A stretch of DNA of 64,000 bases, taken from the NCBI GenBank assembly GCA_002104945.1, contig MCFH01000011.1, positions 930,001-994,000 of the forward strand, read 5' to 3'. The stretch's first letter is position 1. Each line of letters opens with the position of its first letter. A program made the translations under genes and the position numbers. This document shows, piece by piece, positions 14,301 through 27,400 of the stretch. The DNA comes from Piromyces finnis finn. Taxonomy: Eukaryota; Fungi; Neocallimastigomycota. The notes below the pieces were generated by a model, which was given only the letters and a program-made list of their open reading frames with translations, was not told the origin of the DNA and did no database searches.

Positions 14301-15144
14301 AGAAGGACTTAGTAATCACGTTGACATCAGAGCCTGTATCCACTAACACTCTTACAATATTGTTGTCAACAGAACCTATAACAGAAGCGATATTGACTTT
14401 ATTAATGACGTTAATCTCATTACTAACATCAATGTTGTCAACACTATTGTTAACATTATTGTTATTATCATCACCATCGACATCACCTTCGTTGATAATA
14501 TTAATAAATGAACTAATATCATCATCATCAAGATCCAAATTTTGAATGGCGTTTATTTTTCTAACGTCATTAGGATCAAGTTTTAAGCCTTTCGCACAAA
14601 GTCTTCTAATGATAGGGCTAACAGCAAAGAGTTGTGCAAAGGTAATACCAGCGTTGGTATTATTGAGAGCATCATATACATCATACTCCTTATTTTTGCC
14701 AAGCATAATAATAGAACGTAAGAAGTCGTAATAGTTTCCTTTCAGCGACTTCTTACTTCCAATAACTTCTTCCTCTATATCATCTTGATTACTAGAGATA
14801 TCCGGACCAGTTCTCCTTTTGTTTCTGGCTTCTTTATTTTTCTTCTTGGCAGAAGAGATATTCTTGCCTGCAATTACCGAGGGGTCTAGGATGTCCAGGC
14901 GGGAAGTAGTGGTATGAAAATTTGAATTTTTCTCGTTTTGAATTTCTTGCTGTTCTTTCATCTGAGTGGCCTTTGTGTGTATTGGCAAGGGGTTTTCTCG
15001 AAGTTTCTTTTTCTTCGACTGAGTCACGTGATCCTCATCTTCACTTTCATCACTTTCTTCAGAACTTTTCCTCTTGAATGCGTAAATAAGGTTTTCGATG
15101 TCCTTATCATCGATTGTATTTGTCACGTGATTTTGTAACATCAT
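11305..15144 (-). CDS. pol: Pol polyprotein of A (protease, RT, RNase H, integrase; no chromodomain)
   Basis: LVDTGS protease, YMDD RT, TDASSYAVGAVL RNase H, GLDIVGP...VTDNGSQF integrase. The -1 frame after gag is open to about 15107 but is not the frame of this ORF, so one extra frameshift lies near 15110-15150. Confidence 0.9.
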   Translation of the reverse strand: MMLQNHVTNTIDDKDIENLIYAFKRKSSEESDESEDEDHVTQSKKKKLRENPLPIHTKATQMKEQQEIQNEKNSNFHTTTSRLDILDPSVIAGKNISSAKKKNKEARNKRRTGPDISSNQDDIEEEVIGSKKSLKGNYYDFLRSIIMLGKNKEYDVYDALNNTNAGITFAQLFAVSPIIRRLCAKGLKLDPNDVRKINAIQNLDLDDDDISSFINIINEGDVDGDDNNNNVNNSVDNIDVSNEINVINKVNIASVIGSVDNNIVRVLVDTGSDVNVITKSFFDIISKKHKIKYFKRTFFKLASQQVISTNQAVSLVLRFDKLKISTTFWILEDEDSCYDIILGRQSQKDHRLYIDPDDDALYMKTDGSSIMVAQPSDSISQGNKLYHITIMNNINSLKDISDIDNIISKDEQIQLHSLIKNYRDVLIDSIDDVSVADAEPHSIELTSTKPIKLRPYKISLAQSQALKEEISKLLKHGLIEPSHSPWSFPVVMVKKKNGKWRMCVDYRKLNQITIKDAYALPFIDELLESVHGAKYFSAIDLFSGFHQIPMNSKDIEKTAFTTKFDNFNFKVMPFGLTNAPASFQREMNRILMPLIGTCLFVYMDDILVYSPNFKQHLKDLEKLFIILREHKFSINIDKCSFCKNSVEVLGHVLTADGIKPMPSKVLAIASWNTPKNVTQLRSFLGLVSYYRKFIPNFAAISSCLYKLTSPKASFIWLDIHSDAFHTLRSFICSSSILKYPDPNKQFIIRTDASSYAVGAVLLQPSDSLDIEFPIYCVSRCLKDAETRYSVTEKEDIAILFALNKFRSYIAASPLVVKVYTDHKPLVGFFTSSIPSNDRHIRWIAKFNEFRVDIIYEKGKNNVFADALSRMPSSQNLNINSIHSILEDKEDNISTFAPPKIIEYVKKNYSFLNGTLVYRSKSGNFLKVIEDDSLKFSLIRKAHLVGHEGVEKTLSRLKEIYYWPGMWNDVNKVVKTCLECQCYRPKPIPKNLSNISSPVERPFVRVGLDIVGPLPLTDRGNLYIIVLVDYTTKWVEAAPLKRIESQDVIYFLKDVFARHGVPEIIVTDNGSQFTSDITKTMIDLYGSWVQFVAPHHPEANGQVENRNREIIKILRHLCKNQENWDEILPATLWALRTSRSKVTGFSSFELLYGRKDLWPLSVLLPDIPKEKDESDEEYNFRRFVRHQNWVQEATENIKQAHDYWLQRNETAKSMQHRYKPDDLVLVRYIGRKKLDPFFLGPFKVKKVSKFNTLVLETLDTHKILERNVHIKNVKPYLSSL

Positions 15145-15336
15145 CCTTATCTATGTCTTTGATTGGATCATCCACCAAAGGGTCAGAGAATTTTTCTTCA
15201 GAATTTGAAAATTTTTCTGTTTTATGTGAGTCACGTGTTTCATCAACATAAACTTGCTCGTTTATGTTATTGATATTGTGGGTTTGGTTATTATCAATTT
15301 TGGAGTTAGAAGGGGAAGATTGAGAACTTCCCCCAT

Positions 15337-16206
15337 TTAATTTAAATGGTTTTGGGAAAGGAGAGTAGCAATAAACTTATTCATATCTGACATTTCATTA
15401 GGGCAAAAACGAGCATCATGTCCTCTCTGATTACAGCGGTGACAGACATGAATTTTCATCTGGGCAAAACTCTTGGTCAGAGCCTCTAGATCGGATTCCT
15501 TAACGTCTTTTGTACCTCCTTGATTTTTATTGTTATTACTACTACTACTGTTATTATTACTATTATTATTATTATAAGGCGATTTTTCATTGTTGGTAGT
15601 AGTTCTTTTCTTAAAGGAGCTATTGCTTTTGTTTCTTTTATAGTTATAGTCGGTTTCGTCATCACTTTCATAAGCTGAGATGGTTTCTTCTGCTGTGATG
15701 GCGATTCTCATAGCGTCCTTTAAGGTTTTTGGTTGTTTATTAATAAGAGAATTCATAATGGGAGTTCTCCTATTAAAGGCTTTAATGTAAAGGAAAACAA
15801 GTCTTTCTTCAGAAGGCTTATCCCTTTCTTTAATTTCTTTCAAGAGGTCGTTAAAAGAACGGTTAAATTCTCTAACAGAGCTTTTGTTTACTTTTATTTT
15901 TTCTAACTTATTTAGGTTTCTATTAGAGGTTTTATCATCCTCAAATAAGTTAGATATTTTATTGATAAATTCATTATAAGATAGGGATCTATCTTCATAA
16001 TAAATATCACTACAAAGATCCTTTGAGTTACCGGTAGTAGCAAGCAAAGCAATTCTCTTCTTTTCTTTTTCAGAAAGAGCTAAGTCTTCTAAGATATCTT
16101 CAAGTTCCATTTTCCATCTGAAGAACTTAGTATCTTTCTTGCCAAGAGGGCTTATTTCTTTAGCCATACTAGCGGCTCTTTCAAAATTGTTTTTATTTTC
16201 AGTCAT
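15337..16206 (-). CDS. gag: Gag of A
   Basis: 289-aa ORF with CCHC knuckle CHRCNQRGHDARFC, ending at slippery site T TTA AAT TAA. Confidence 0.9.
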   Translation of the reverse strand: MTENKNNFERAASMAKEISPLGKKDTKFFRWKMELEDILEDLALSEKEKKRIALLATTGNSKDLCSDIYYEDRSLSYNEFINKISNLFEDDKTSNRNLNKLEKIKVNKSSVREFNRSFNDLLKEIKERDKPSEERLVFLYIKAFNRRTPIMNSLINKQPKTLKDAMRIAITAEETISAYESDDETDYNYKRNKSNSSFKKRTTTNNEKSPYNNNNSNNNSSSSNNNKNQGGTKDVKESDLEALTKSFAQMKIHVCHRCNQRGHDARFCPNEMSDMNKFIATLLSQNHLN

Positions 16207-16306
16207 ATTTAGTAAATAAATAAGATAATTATACTAAATATACTAATTAATAGGAATTATTTAAATTATCGGCTTTCCCACGGGACGACTGAGGTTCTCC
16301 ACCACT

Positions 16307-16927
16307 TGATAACGGATTGGTAGTTATATTACAACTTTTTAACTACTTCTTCTGTTATCTTATATTGTTTTATCTCGACAGCTATTGTACGAGCTTTAAC
16401 AATATCTACTAGTTTTATTAATTTATTTTAAGCTATTTTATAGTTTTAATAGTTTTATTATTTAATAATATTTATATAGAATAATAACACCAGATTTATT
16501 CTATAAAATATTATTTATTATTAACACAATAATTACAAATTAGACAAGTTTAATTTCGTTTTTATATTTTCTTTTATTTATTGTTCTTACGCTCTTTTTA
16601 ACAATAATTTTTATTATATAAAAACTTATTTTTGTCTTTTTAAATATTATTATGTATTCACTAATTAATTATATTAACTATTATTAAAATTTAACTTATT
16701 ATTAATAATCTAAGTCTTCCTATTTTCTACTAAAAATTATTATTATTCTTTATATTAAAAATTATTTTTATAATTTAACCCAATCAAATATATAAATTTA
16801 TAAAATATTTGATTTTATGTAAATTATATTTTTATAATAAACTATATAAAATTATTTAATAATTATTTTATAATAAAATTTTCTACTAATATCAAATGTA
16901 TAATATATTTATAATTATTATTTATCA
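16307..16927 (-). repeat. 5' LTR of element A
   Basis: Copy of 10352-10972; followed on the minus strand by the PBS. Confidence 0.95.
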
Positions 16928-16930
16928 TTT

Positions 16931-18450
16931 TTATAAATAATGAAATTAATAAATATAAAATTATTACTATACTTGATTTTTATGTTACGAATACTAGTGA
17001 AATTACCTATGAAATTTTCAAAATCAACAATATTTTAATTTCAAATTAATTATAAAATTATATTAAGAAATATTTAAAAAATTCAGAAAAGGTTAAGATA
17101 TGGCTTTAACCCTTAATAATTTTTATAATAAATAACTTTAACCCTTATCGTCAAAATTAAATAAGGAAAAACATGCGTATCTCCTCAACGAGTGACGATT
17201 TTTGATAATTGTGTTTTGGGAAATTATGGGTTCGTTAGAAAGCCACGCTCGAGAACTACAACATATGTTAATACGAGCATGATATCTTTGCTGGTTCATG
17301 AGATATTAAAATTTAAATATAATTGTGAACAAATGAGTAATGAAAATTTAGAGAATGATTACCCCTGATATATCAATTATAAATCATTCTGTAAAACTAA
17401 ATTATCTTTTCCCATTGATTAAAGCAAATTAAATTGAATTACATTGTAATAATTCTCCGGAAAATAATAATTTTATAACAATTATTTCAATAAGACAAAT
17501 TATAATCTTTGAATTAAAAGATTATAAACACTATAATTATATTTAATGAATTATATTAGAGTTAGATAATAATTAATATTATAAATATTGTTAACAATAT
17601 TTAAATTTAATAATCATGAATAAGCTTTAAGTTTAGTTTTTAATATTATAAATTATATTATAAGTATAATCATGTATTGAAAAGTTATTTTATTATTAAA
17701 TGTAAAATTACAGATAGATAGTATAAATAGTTTAGAATATTTTATAAATTTATTTTTTTGTAAAGATTATTACTTATTACATTAATATTTTACTATTAAA
17801 TAATCTTATTATTATATTTTATTAATATATTATTTAAATAAAATAAAGAAATTATTTTAACCACAATATATAATTTATAAAACGATTAAGATTATTTTAA
17901 TAAACCATTTTTTCTAACCTAGCTATCTTTTAATCTTTTATTTAATATAATATTTTAATATTAAACTATAAGTTTAGTAAAACTTTTTACATTTTAAGTT
18001 AACCCTAAAAGTAATTTAAAACAAGTTATAGTTTAATTACTTTACCAAAATTCTAAAATGAAATTAACCCTTAACACTGCATATATTTTGATTATTGAAA
18101 GAAAATAATAAACTTTAATTAATCGATATCAAAATATATAACTTTTGTTAAATTAATTGTTAAATTAAATATTTAATAACTTATTTAGTAAATTACACTT
18201 TAAAAGAAAACAAATATAACTAATTCATGTTATAAAATAATATAATTAAACACTTTTATTAAAATACTAAAAATAATTATTATTTTAATTAATTGTAAAA
18301 TAAACAACTTTTTATATTCTTTAACTTTTAATTATCTTTTATTGTTATTTTTAATTACTTTTATTACTTTTATTGTAAATAGTTATTAATTTTATTATTT
18401 TAATGTAAATAATTTAAATTTAAAAGAAAATATAAATACATGTAAATAAT
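16931..18450 (+). mobile_element. Degraded family-B LTR interrupted by solo LTR C
   Basis: 16931-16982 and 17997-~18450 together match the start of the B LTR at 38478 (ataaataatgaaattaat...tgattttta|agttaaccctaaaag...). Right end approximate. Confidence 0.75.
16983..17991. mobile_element. Solo LTR, family C
   Basis: tgttacgaatactag...aactttttaca with TSD TTTTA; homologous to 29737-30770 and 48319-49344. Confidence 0.9.
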
Positions 18451-18533
18451 AAAAAAATCAAATAAGTAATATTCTATAATATTTTATAATACTAAAACAC
18501 AATTTTAATTTATTCTTTAATTTTAATAAATAA

Positions 18534-18897
18534 TGACAATAGTAATAATAATATTTAATAGTTAAAAATAATAATACATGTAATAAATGAAAATGTATAA
18601 AAGGAAGATAAAATTCTTCTTTATAAAAAGCGGACAATAAATGAAGAGTAAAAAAAAAGACAATAAGTAGACAATAAATAAATTATAAAATATAATAAAG
18701 AGATAATTTAAATATAATAATAAAAGAGTTTATTTTCGAGTTTTGAGTGATTTATTTGTTAATTATAAAACATATTTTATTTTATTTTAAATTTATTGTT
18801 TCATCATAAATACTAGAATTTATTATATATTAAAATTACTATATAATTCAAAAATATATCGGTCAACGCATCATAAAATTTTGGTGGAGAATCCGGG
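18534..18897 (+). mobile_element. Possible old LTR plus PBS remnant
   Basis: TGACA...GCATCA followed 8 nt later by TGGTGGAGAATCCGGG, similar to the PBS of A. LTR boundaries are uncertain. Confidence 0.35.
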
Positions 18898-19125
18898 CGT
18901 GACCAAAGATATGAAAAAGAATAATATCAATAATAATACTAATAAATTCTGAAATATTAAATGTTTATAAAAAAAACAGTTTACATTTACTTTTATTTTA
19001 TATTTTCTATAATAATTATAATAATAAAAAAAATAAAAAAAATTAATTATATATATAATCTTAAAATTTGTTATTTCTAAAAAGGGTATTTAAGAAATTA
19101 AAGACTAAATGATTAATATTATACG

Positions 19126-22100
19126 TGTAAAAGTTTTATATTCAAAACAGATTATAAAATTATACAATAAAACAAGAACACAAAAAAATAAATAAATAGA
19201 AAAAAACAAAAAAAAAATCTTTTAAAATTTTCTTTTTATTAATTTTATTTAGTTATTAACTAAATTATAGTCAATAACAATTATATCGTTTTTACATAGA
19301 AATTATTACATGTACATGTATTTATATTTTTTATTATTTTAATATATAATTCTATTTAATAATACACATATTCAATATAAGATAAATAAAACTAATTTAA
19401 TAAATAATTTAATAAATAATAAAATAATAAAACAAAACTAAAACTAATTAAATACACTTTCAATTCAATTTGAGTAAACTGCAAATTGAATACAGTCCAT
19501 GTATTACTTATATATTAATTAAATATTAACAATACTATTTATTATATATTTACTATTAAAAATGCTAATTTAAAACTACGCTAAAGTTATTAAACTAATT
19601 TTAATTAAATAAAAACTTTTGATTTAATTTGAATAATTAGAATATTTAAATTTAATTATCTATTAATTCAAATATTTATCCAAAATTCTTTCTTAACTTT
19701 TATATTTTAAAATTAATTATTATTTAATAATTATTAATTAAAGATATATTTTATATTTTTACAATCTCGCCCTTTAAGTTGAGCTCCTGCTAGATTATTT
19801 CTTTGAAGGAATATCAATTACAAATGGTTGATATCTATGTTTGATCATACCATTGTTATTTCTTGTATAAACTTGATCTTGACTTTCTTTTCTAGACTTT
19901 TTATTTTTTCTATAAAATTCTTGGATCAATTGTACATCCGTAATTTGATCTTCCGGAATCCAAGTATTTTCGTCAAGATTTTTCTATGTCATCAAGAAAT
20001 ATTTCTTTCCATGATAATTTCTTTCTTGAATAATCTTATCAGGAATCCTATCAATAGTATATGTAGTTAACCTTTCTTCTTCTATTCATTACTGATCTAT
20101 TTTTAAATTCATTTTCGTTATAAGGTTCTAATAACGAAACATGAAAAACAGAGTGGCAACGTAAATTGTTTGATAACTTTAATTCAAATGCTAAAGGACT
20201 TACTTTCTTGATTATTTCAAAAGGTCCAAGCATTTGATCAGCAAGTTTTCTTTTAACGTTTTTGTTTGAAAGATTAATACCTTTTAATAACCAAACTTTT
20301 TTGCCAACTTCGAAATTTGGAGATTCCATTCTCTTTTGATCAGCATACTTTTTGTAGGTTTCTTTTGCTTGATCAAGATTTTCTTTTAAAAATTTAATTT
20401 TTTCATTAATATCCAAAATTCTTTGCTTAGCTCTATTTGGTTTATTGGCTGAAGGAATTTCAGGGTTGAATTTTGGATTGAACTTATAATTAACGAAAAA
20501 CGGAGATTGATTGATTGATTGCTGTAAAGTATTGTTATAAGTAAATTCAGCAAAAGCAAGTCAACCTAGTTATTCTGTTTTTCGTTAATAAAACAACGGA
20601 GATATTGTTCCAATATCCCGTTCACCCTCTCCATTTGACCATCAGTTTCAGGATGGTTTGCAGTAGAAAAAGCAAGTTTAATATTTAACAAATTACATAA
20701 ATGATTCCAAAAGTCTGAAGTAAACTGAGTTCCTCGATCAGAAATGATGGAATCAGGAAAACCATGTAATTTAAAGATATTGTTAACAAAAACATCAGCT
20801 GCATTAGAAGCAGTAGGTAAACATCTTAAAGGATTAAAATGAGCTATTTTTGTTAACTTATCAACTATAACCATAATGGTGGTCATGTCTTTGGATTTTG
20901 GAAGCTCGACAATGAAATCTATTAACAATTCAGATTATACTCTATTAGGAGTGGAAAGAAGAAAAAGCAACCCATATGATTTATGTCTTGAAACTTTAGC
21001 TTTACAACAAGCTACACAAGACTTTATAAACTTTTTAACATCATAACTAAACTTTGGCCACCAAAAATTTCTACTAATTAATTCAATAGTTTTATTAACA
21101 CCAAAACGATCAGCAGAAATGGAGTCATGATGTAATTCTAAGACCCTAGTTCTTAATGAAGAAGGAACATAAATTAAATTGTCGTAAAGTAAAAATCCTT
21201 CTTTATCAATTTTAACTTTATCAATATTCCTAATTGGAGGGGACGAAAAATTATTGCTTAGAAATACACAAACTTTGTTATATAATTCATTTTTTAAAGA
21301 ACATAAAATAGAATTAATTAAAGAATTGTTTTTATTAAAAGAATTAATTACATTTCATGAAACAAAATTACAACTAAAATTAATACATTCAATATTTTCA
21401 ATAACACAATTATTATTGTTATTATTACAAAAATGATCACTACATCTGGATAACAAGCCAAGTTTACTAGACTTTTTCCCAGCTCTGAAGACTAACTTAA
21501 AAATCAAATCTAGATAAGAATTCATACCATCTTATCTGTCTTTGTGAGAGCATTTCAGGCTTTCTTGGGAAGGTTAAATTCTTATGATCAGTATAAATGA
21601 TAAACTGATGCTTTGCGCCTTCTAAATAATGTCTCTATTCTTCAAGAGCCACCTTGATAGCTATCAACACTTTATAATAAATTTGATAATTTCTTTGAGA
21701 CTTGGTTAAGCTAGATGAAATAAAAGCAATAGAGCGCAATTGCTCTTCAAACTCTTGTGAAAGAATTGCACCAACTGCAAAGTTACTAGTGTCATTCTCC
21801 ACAATAAAAGGTTTGTTGCTATCAGGGTTAATTAAGTGTAAAATAATAATGTTAAAAACAGATTATTATTTTTACAATAAAACACAAAAATTATAAAAAA
21901 TTAAACACTAAAATTAATAAATAAAATTTTCAATTTATATTTCTCTTTAAAAAAGTTATTAACTATATGATAGTCAATAACAACTACGTTTATTTAAAAT
22001 TTGGAAAAAATACATGTATTTATATGTTTTTTCATTTACATTCATTATATATGTTTTTCATTCAATTATACATATATTTAATATAAAATAAACAAAACTA

Positions 22101-22534
22101 ATTTAATACAAATTTAAATAAATAATAAAATAATAAAACTAAATTGAAACTAATTAAATACACTTTTGATTTAATTTGAGTAAACTACAAATTGAATACA
22201 GTCCATGTATTATCTATATATTATTTTAATATTAATAATACTATTTATAATATAATTATTATTAAAAATGTTAATTTAAAACTACGCTAAAGTTATTAAA
22301 CTAATTTTTAATTAAATAAAAACTTTTTAAGATTTAATTTGAATATTTAAAATATTTAAATTTTAATTATCCATTAATCTAAATTTTAACTTTGATATTT
22401 TAAAATTATTTATTATTTAATTATTCCATAAAATTTTATTTAATAAATAATTTTCCATTAAAATATCAAGATTATTATTTAATAATTATTAATTAATTAT
22501 TAAATAATTTAAAGATATATTTTATATCTTTACA
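19126..22534 (-). mobile_element. Decayed, internally deleted chromovirus-type Gypsy element, family F (LTRs 19126-19763 and 21837-22534)
   Basis: Diverged F LTRs at both ends; PPT AAAGGGCGAGA beside 19763; broken RNase H (KPFIVENDTSNFAVGA), integrase (IDFIVELPKS...SDRGTQFTS) and chromodomain-like remnants. No TSD found, so the two LTRs may not belong to one insertion. Confidence 0.75.
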
Positions 22535-23935
22535 AGTGTCTTCGTAAGCTTGCATAAGGCTTTCAAAACTATTATTTATTTTCTTTATTTAATAATAATG
22601 TGAGTTTATCCAACTTTTCTTCTATATTTTTAAATTTTTCTTCATAATTAATTTCTTTTAAGTCTTCTTCATTACTAATTGTAAAATACTAATCTTAAAA
22701 CAGATTATATATTTAACAATAAAACAACTAAACACAAAGATAAAAAAAAGTAAAAGAATATTTTTTATCACAAATTATTACTTTATTAGTAATTGAAATT
22801 TAAAATAACAAACAAAAATTATATGTATTTATATTTTTCCATAATTATATTCTAATATATTATTCTATTTAAATAAACATATATTTAATATAAAATAAAC
22901 AAATCTAATCTAGTTAAATAATAAAATAATAAAGCTAAATTAAAACTAATTCAATATACTTTTAATTCAATTTGAGTTAACTCAAAATTGAATAAAGCTC
23001 AGGTATTATCTATAAATTAATTTAATATTATTAATACTATTCATAATATATTTCCTATTGAAATATAAACAAATCTATTTTTAAAACTAAGTTAAAATTA
23101 TTAAGTTATTCTAAATTTAAATAAAAAAAAGTATAATGTTATTAAATTATTCTAAAATTAAATAAAAAGTATTTAAAAACATTTTGAATATTTAAAATAT
23201 TTGAAATATTTAAATTTATTTAAAATTCTTTTATTCCTTAAACTTAAGTATTTATCTTAATTACGGAAACGGAATTATTATAAAATAATTTACTATTAAA
23301 TTATTCCATAAAATTTATTTAAAATTTTATAATTAATTTTTATAATTAATTTTATTAAGTTTTAATTTATATTTAATAATTAATTATTAATTATTAAATA
23401 ATCTAAAGATACATATTATATCTTTACACTAGTTTTATCATTGAGTGTTTCCAGGTTTTCATTCATTAAATTATCATTTACATTTGAAATGTCTTTTTCC
23501 TTTTTGTCTTTATTGTTATATTCATTACATAACTCCTTAAAGTTATTAGAAGTGAATTCAGTTCCATTATCGCTTCTAAGATATTTTACTTTGGATAATA
23601 GTTCATTGGTTGTTTTATTCAACCAATTTCCAAATTCCTTGAAAACATTACTTTTACTCTTGACAAATATTACCCATCCATATCGACTGTAATCATCTAA
23701 GATACTTAAAAAGTATACATTGTCATGAATTGATGGTGTGATTGGACTTACCAAATCGATGTGTACTATTCCAAAACATTTGATGCTATACTATTTGACC
23801 TTTTATTAGGGATTTCTTTCATTTTGCTTTTCATGTATATTGTACAATTGCGAATATTGTTCTTTTCATCATTATTGTTGAAATTCAGATGCCCAATTCT
23901 TCTTGAAGTCAAGTTTTAAGGAGGGACATCTTGAT
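22535..23935 (-). pseudogene. Ty1/Copia integrase fragment, interrupted by a solo F LTR
   Basis: RRIGH...C..C zinc finger, HIDLVSP, LDDYSRY and LRSDNGTEF motifs; reading frame broken. Span approximate. Confidence 0.8.
22680..23428. mobile_element. Solo LTR, family F
   Basis: tgtaaaatac...tctttaca with near-TSD CTAAT/CTAGT. Confidence 0.8.
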
Positions 23936-24407
23936 AAGGAATAATAATATAATGCTTTTATTAATAAAATAACTTAATCATTTGATCATTATTATCTTAT
24001 TTAAGTTAGCTAAATTTTTAATTAATAATATGACTAATGTAATTTATAATTGTAAATAGTTTAATTATATTTTATTTTCTATTAAATGGAGCTAATATTA
24101 TAAGATGAAATATAAAAATTTAATACATTATAAATTATATATTTTTAAATTATTAAACTTTATATTATTTTATAATTTAAATAATTTATTATTTATTTTA
24201 TTATTTAATTATTAAAAATATTTTTTTATTAAGATTTTAATTTACTATTTTTATTAAATAATTGTTATTGACTATTAAGTAATAACATTCTAATAAAAAT
24301 ATTTTCATAAATAATAAAAAATAATAATACTGTAAATTATAATTGTAATTAAAAATCTAGTGTTATTGCAATTTTGTTTAGTCTAGTGTTTTACAAAACT
24401 TTACAAA

Positions 24408-27400
24408 AATATATATTTATATAATATTAAATAAAATTATACTTTTCATATAATTAATCTAATTAATACATAAAAATAATTATATAATTAATTAATAGTA
24501 AATAAAATATATAAAATTATTTTATTATTTTTTAACATACTCCCAAAAGTATAAATACTTTATTTAATATTCATTTAATATTAATTTAATATTTATGTAA
24601 TAAATTATTTCTAAAAATAGTCATCTTTGTTGCATCCAAATATTTTGTGAAAACATCAGCAATATTATATAAAGACTTGATATATTCCAATTTTATTTTT
24701 TTTTCTTTTACCAATTCTCTTATTTTATGGTACTTAATGTCTATGTTTAGATTTTGAATTGATAGTATCAGTTTCAGCATTGTATATTGCTGCTTGATTG
24801 TCAATCAATATCTTAGTACAACTGTAGTGTATTCCCATTTCATTAAATACTCATATACCAAAAGAAATGCTTACCACACTCACATAAGCTATAATATTCA
24901 GATTCGACAATTGAAGTGGCAATGCAGTAACTTGGAGTACCAGCTTGTGGGACCACTTCCCATGAAAAAAAACAAAATCGGTAGTCGATCTTCTTGTTAT
25001 TTTATCACTTCCATAATCTGCGTCAACGAAAATTTTTAATGAAGCTTTTCCGGTATACAATAATCCATAGTACATAGTTCTTTTCAAATATTTAAATATT
25101 TGAACAATATTCTCCCAATTTTTATAAGTTGACTCTTGCGATTTCCTGGAAGCTCTTGTAACGGGGAATAAAATGTCAGACCTTGTAGAAATAGCTAAGT
25201 ATATGTAAAGATATCAAACGCCACAGATTGATATCATTAATGTAACTTAAGCCATAAATACTATTGTTTAAGTTACACGAATTATATTACAGAAAAAGAA
25301 AAATGGGACATAATTTATTTATTAATAATTAAAGTTTAAAACAAAATAAATTATTAATTTGTTTTTAATGTTTAACAAATAAATTAAATTTCTCAATTCA
25401 AACCCCTAGTTTTAGTATTGTTTTATAATAGAAATAGATATATAGTATATAATTATTAAATGATTAATATATCAATAGTACATGGGCACATATTCAAATT
25501 GAATAGTACTTAATTTGAATTGTCAATTTTACTAAAAATAGTTATAGTTTAAATATTTATTGATAATTAAGATTTAGTGTGGATTTTAAATAATAATATA
25601 AGAAATAAATAGTTATAATATAATATAAATGTATTTAGGAAAAATATAAATAGAAGATATTTTTCATCATTTTTCTATGTAATTGTTATTAACAATTTTA
25701 TTACAATAAATTAATAAAATTATTTTTATAAACCATATTTTATCTTTTGTGTTGTTACTGTAATAGGTTAGATGTCCTAATATATTCTGTTTTGTGTCTG
25801 GCTTTATAGTATAATAAACAACTGCTGACCTATATTTTGTTGAACTAAATTTTTCTTGTTTTTCATCAACTTCGTTTACATGTTTAGGTGTTTTGCAAGG
25901 TTTACAGTTTTCCAAATTGAACTTTTTTAAGACATCTTTAAAATATCTCTCTTGGTGCTCTTGGTGGAGTAAGTAGCCGTTATTTAGTTTTTTAAACTTA
26001 ATACTACAATAAATCCAGCTTTTCCTATATCGGTAATTTTATATTTTTCTTTTAATATGAATATTACATGATATTAAAATATCATCCATGTGTATGTCTA
26101 ACAAACAATTAATATCATTATTTTTATCCTTCATAACGAAAATACAGGATTCACTTACTAATCGCTTGAATCCGATACTTGTTAAGGTTTCTGTTATGTT
26201 GTTGTTCCATTCCCGTGCCGCTTTCTTGAGTCCGTAACGCGCTTTATTTAACTTCCAATAGCCTTTTTGGTAAGTAGAGTCTCCTTCTGGAGCTTTCATA
26301 TAAATACTTTTTTTTAAGTCAGCATATAAATATGCTGCTTTTATATCTAACTGTTGTATATCAAAATTATTTTCTACTGCAATAGCTGTAAGAATTCTTA
26401 GAATCATGCTTCAAGGTTGGTGGTTTCTTTGTATTCTGTTCCGTATTCTTATATGAAACCTCTGGCTACTAAGCGTACTTTGTATTTCGAGATATTTCCT
26501 TCACTGTACCTTTTTATTTTGAAAACACATCTAGAGCTTACGGCGTTTGTATTTGGTGGAATATGGTTAACTTTTGTATATACACCACGCTCCTTCATAT
26601 TATTTAACTCGTCTCTAATAGCTTTTAACCATTCCATTTTGTCTTTTCTTTTGAAGACTTCAAAAAATTTGTAGGCTCGGTTATTTGGTTTGTTGACTTT
26701 AATAATAGTTTATCAACATTATTTATTTCATTTCTTCTCCTTTTACCTTTTATATCTTCTTCATTAATATCTAAATGTTTTCTTTTATTTCTTGGATAAT
26801 TTGGGTATTGTCTTTGTTCCACTTCTATTAAATGGTTCGGAATATAACTTAACATGAAATCTTTCTTTTGCTTATTTTTGTTAAAGTCTGATAAATTAAT
26901 TCCATCGTCTAAGTCTTTAACTTTATAAGAAAAATTTGTTTTTAGATTTTCTTTCACTTTCAATTATTTTATTTATTCTTTCTTCTTTGTTTAAATATTT
27001 ATTACTTTTAATTTTAATTTGACTTTCATCTTCCCTTTCTTTGTCGTCAATTAATTTTCTTTTATTTTTTCTTTTATGAATATTATTATTATTTTTATTA
27101 TCAATTTTATGATTATTATCGTCTTTCATATTATTAATAAAGTTATTATATTTATATTATTATTGTTTTCATTTTTATTATATGAATTAATAATATTGAC
27201 GTTATTATCGTCATTATTATTGTTATTATTATTTATATTTGTTTTATTTAATTATTATTCTCTTTTGTAATATTATTTTTACTTTTTATTTTGTTTTTAC
27301 TTAAGTTGCTTTTATTTAAATCATTATTATTTAAATTGTTATTTTCATTTTAATTGTCATTAATATTATTTTCTTTATTGTTATTATTGTTATAAATAAT

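Larger units (their letters stand above)
10352..16927 (-). mobile_element. Ty3/Gypsy LTR retrotransposon, family A, full length and young
   Basis: Two 621-bp TG..CA LTRs that look identical; PPT (AGGGGAGGAAA) next to the 3' LTR; PBS TGGTGGAGAA (tRNA-Ala-like) after the 5' LTR; TTTTT flanks; gag and pol inside. Confidence 0.95.
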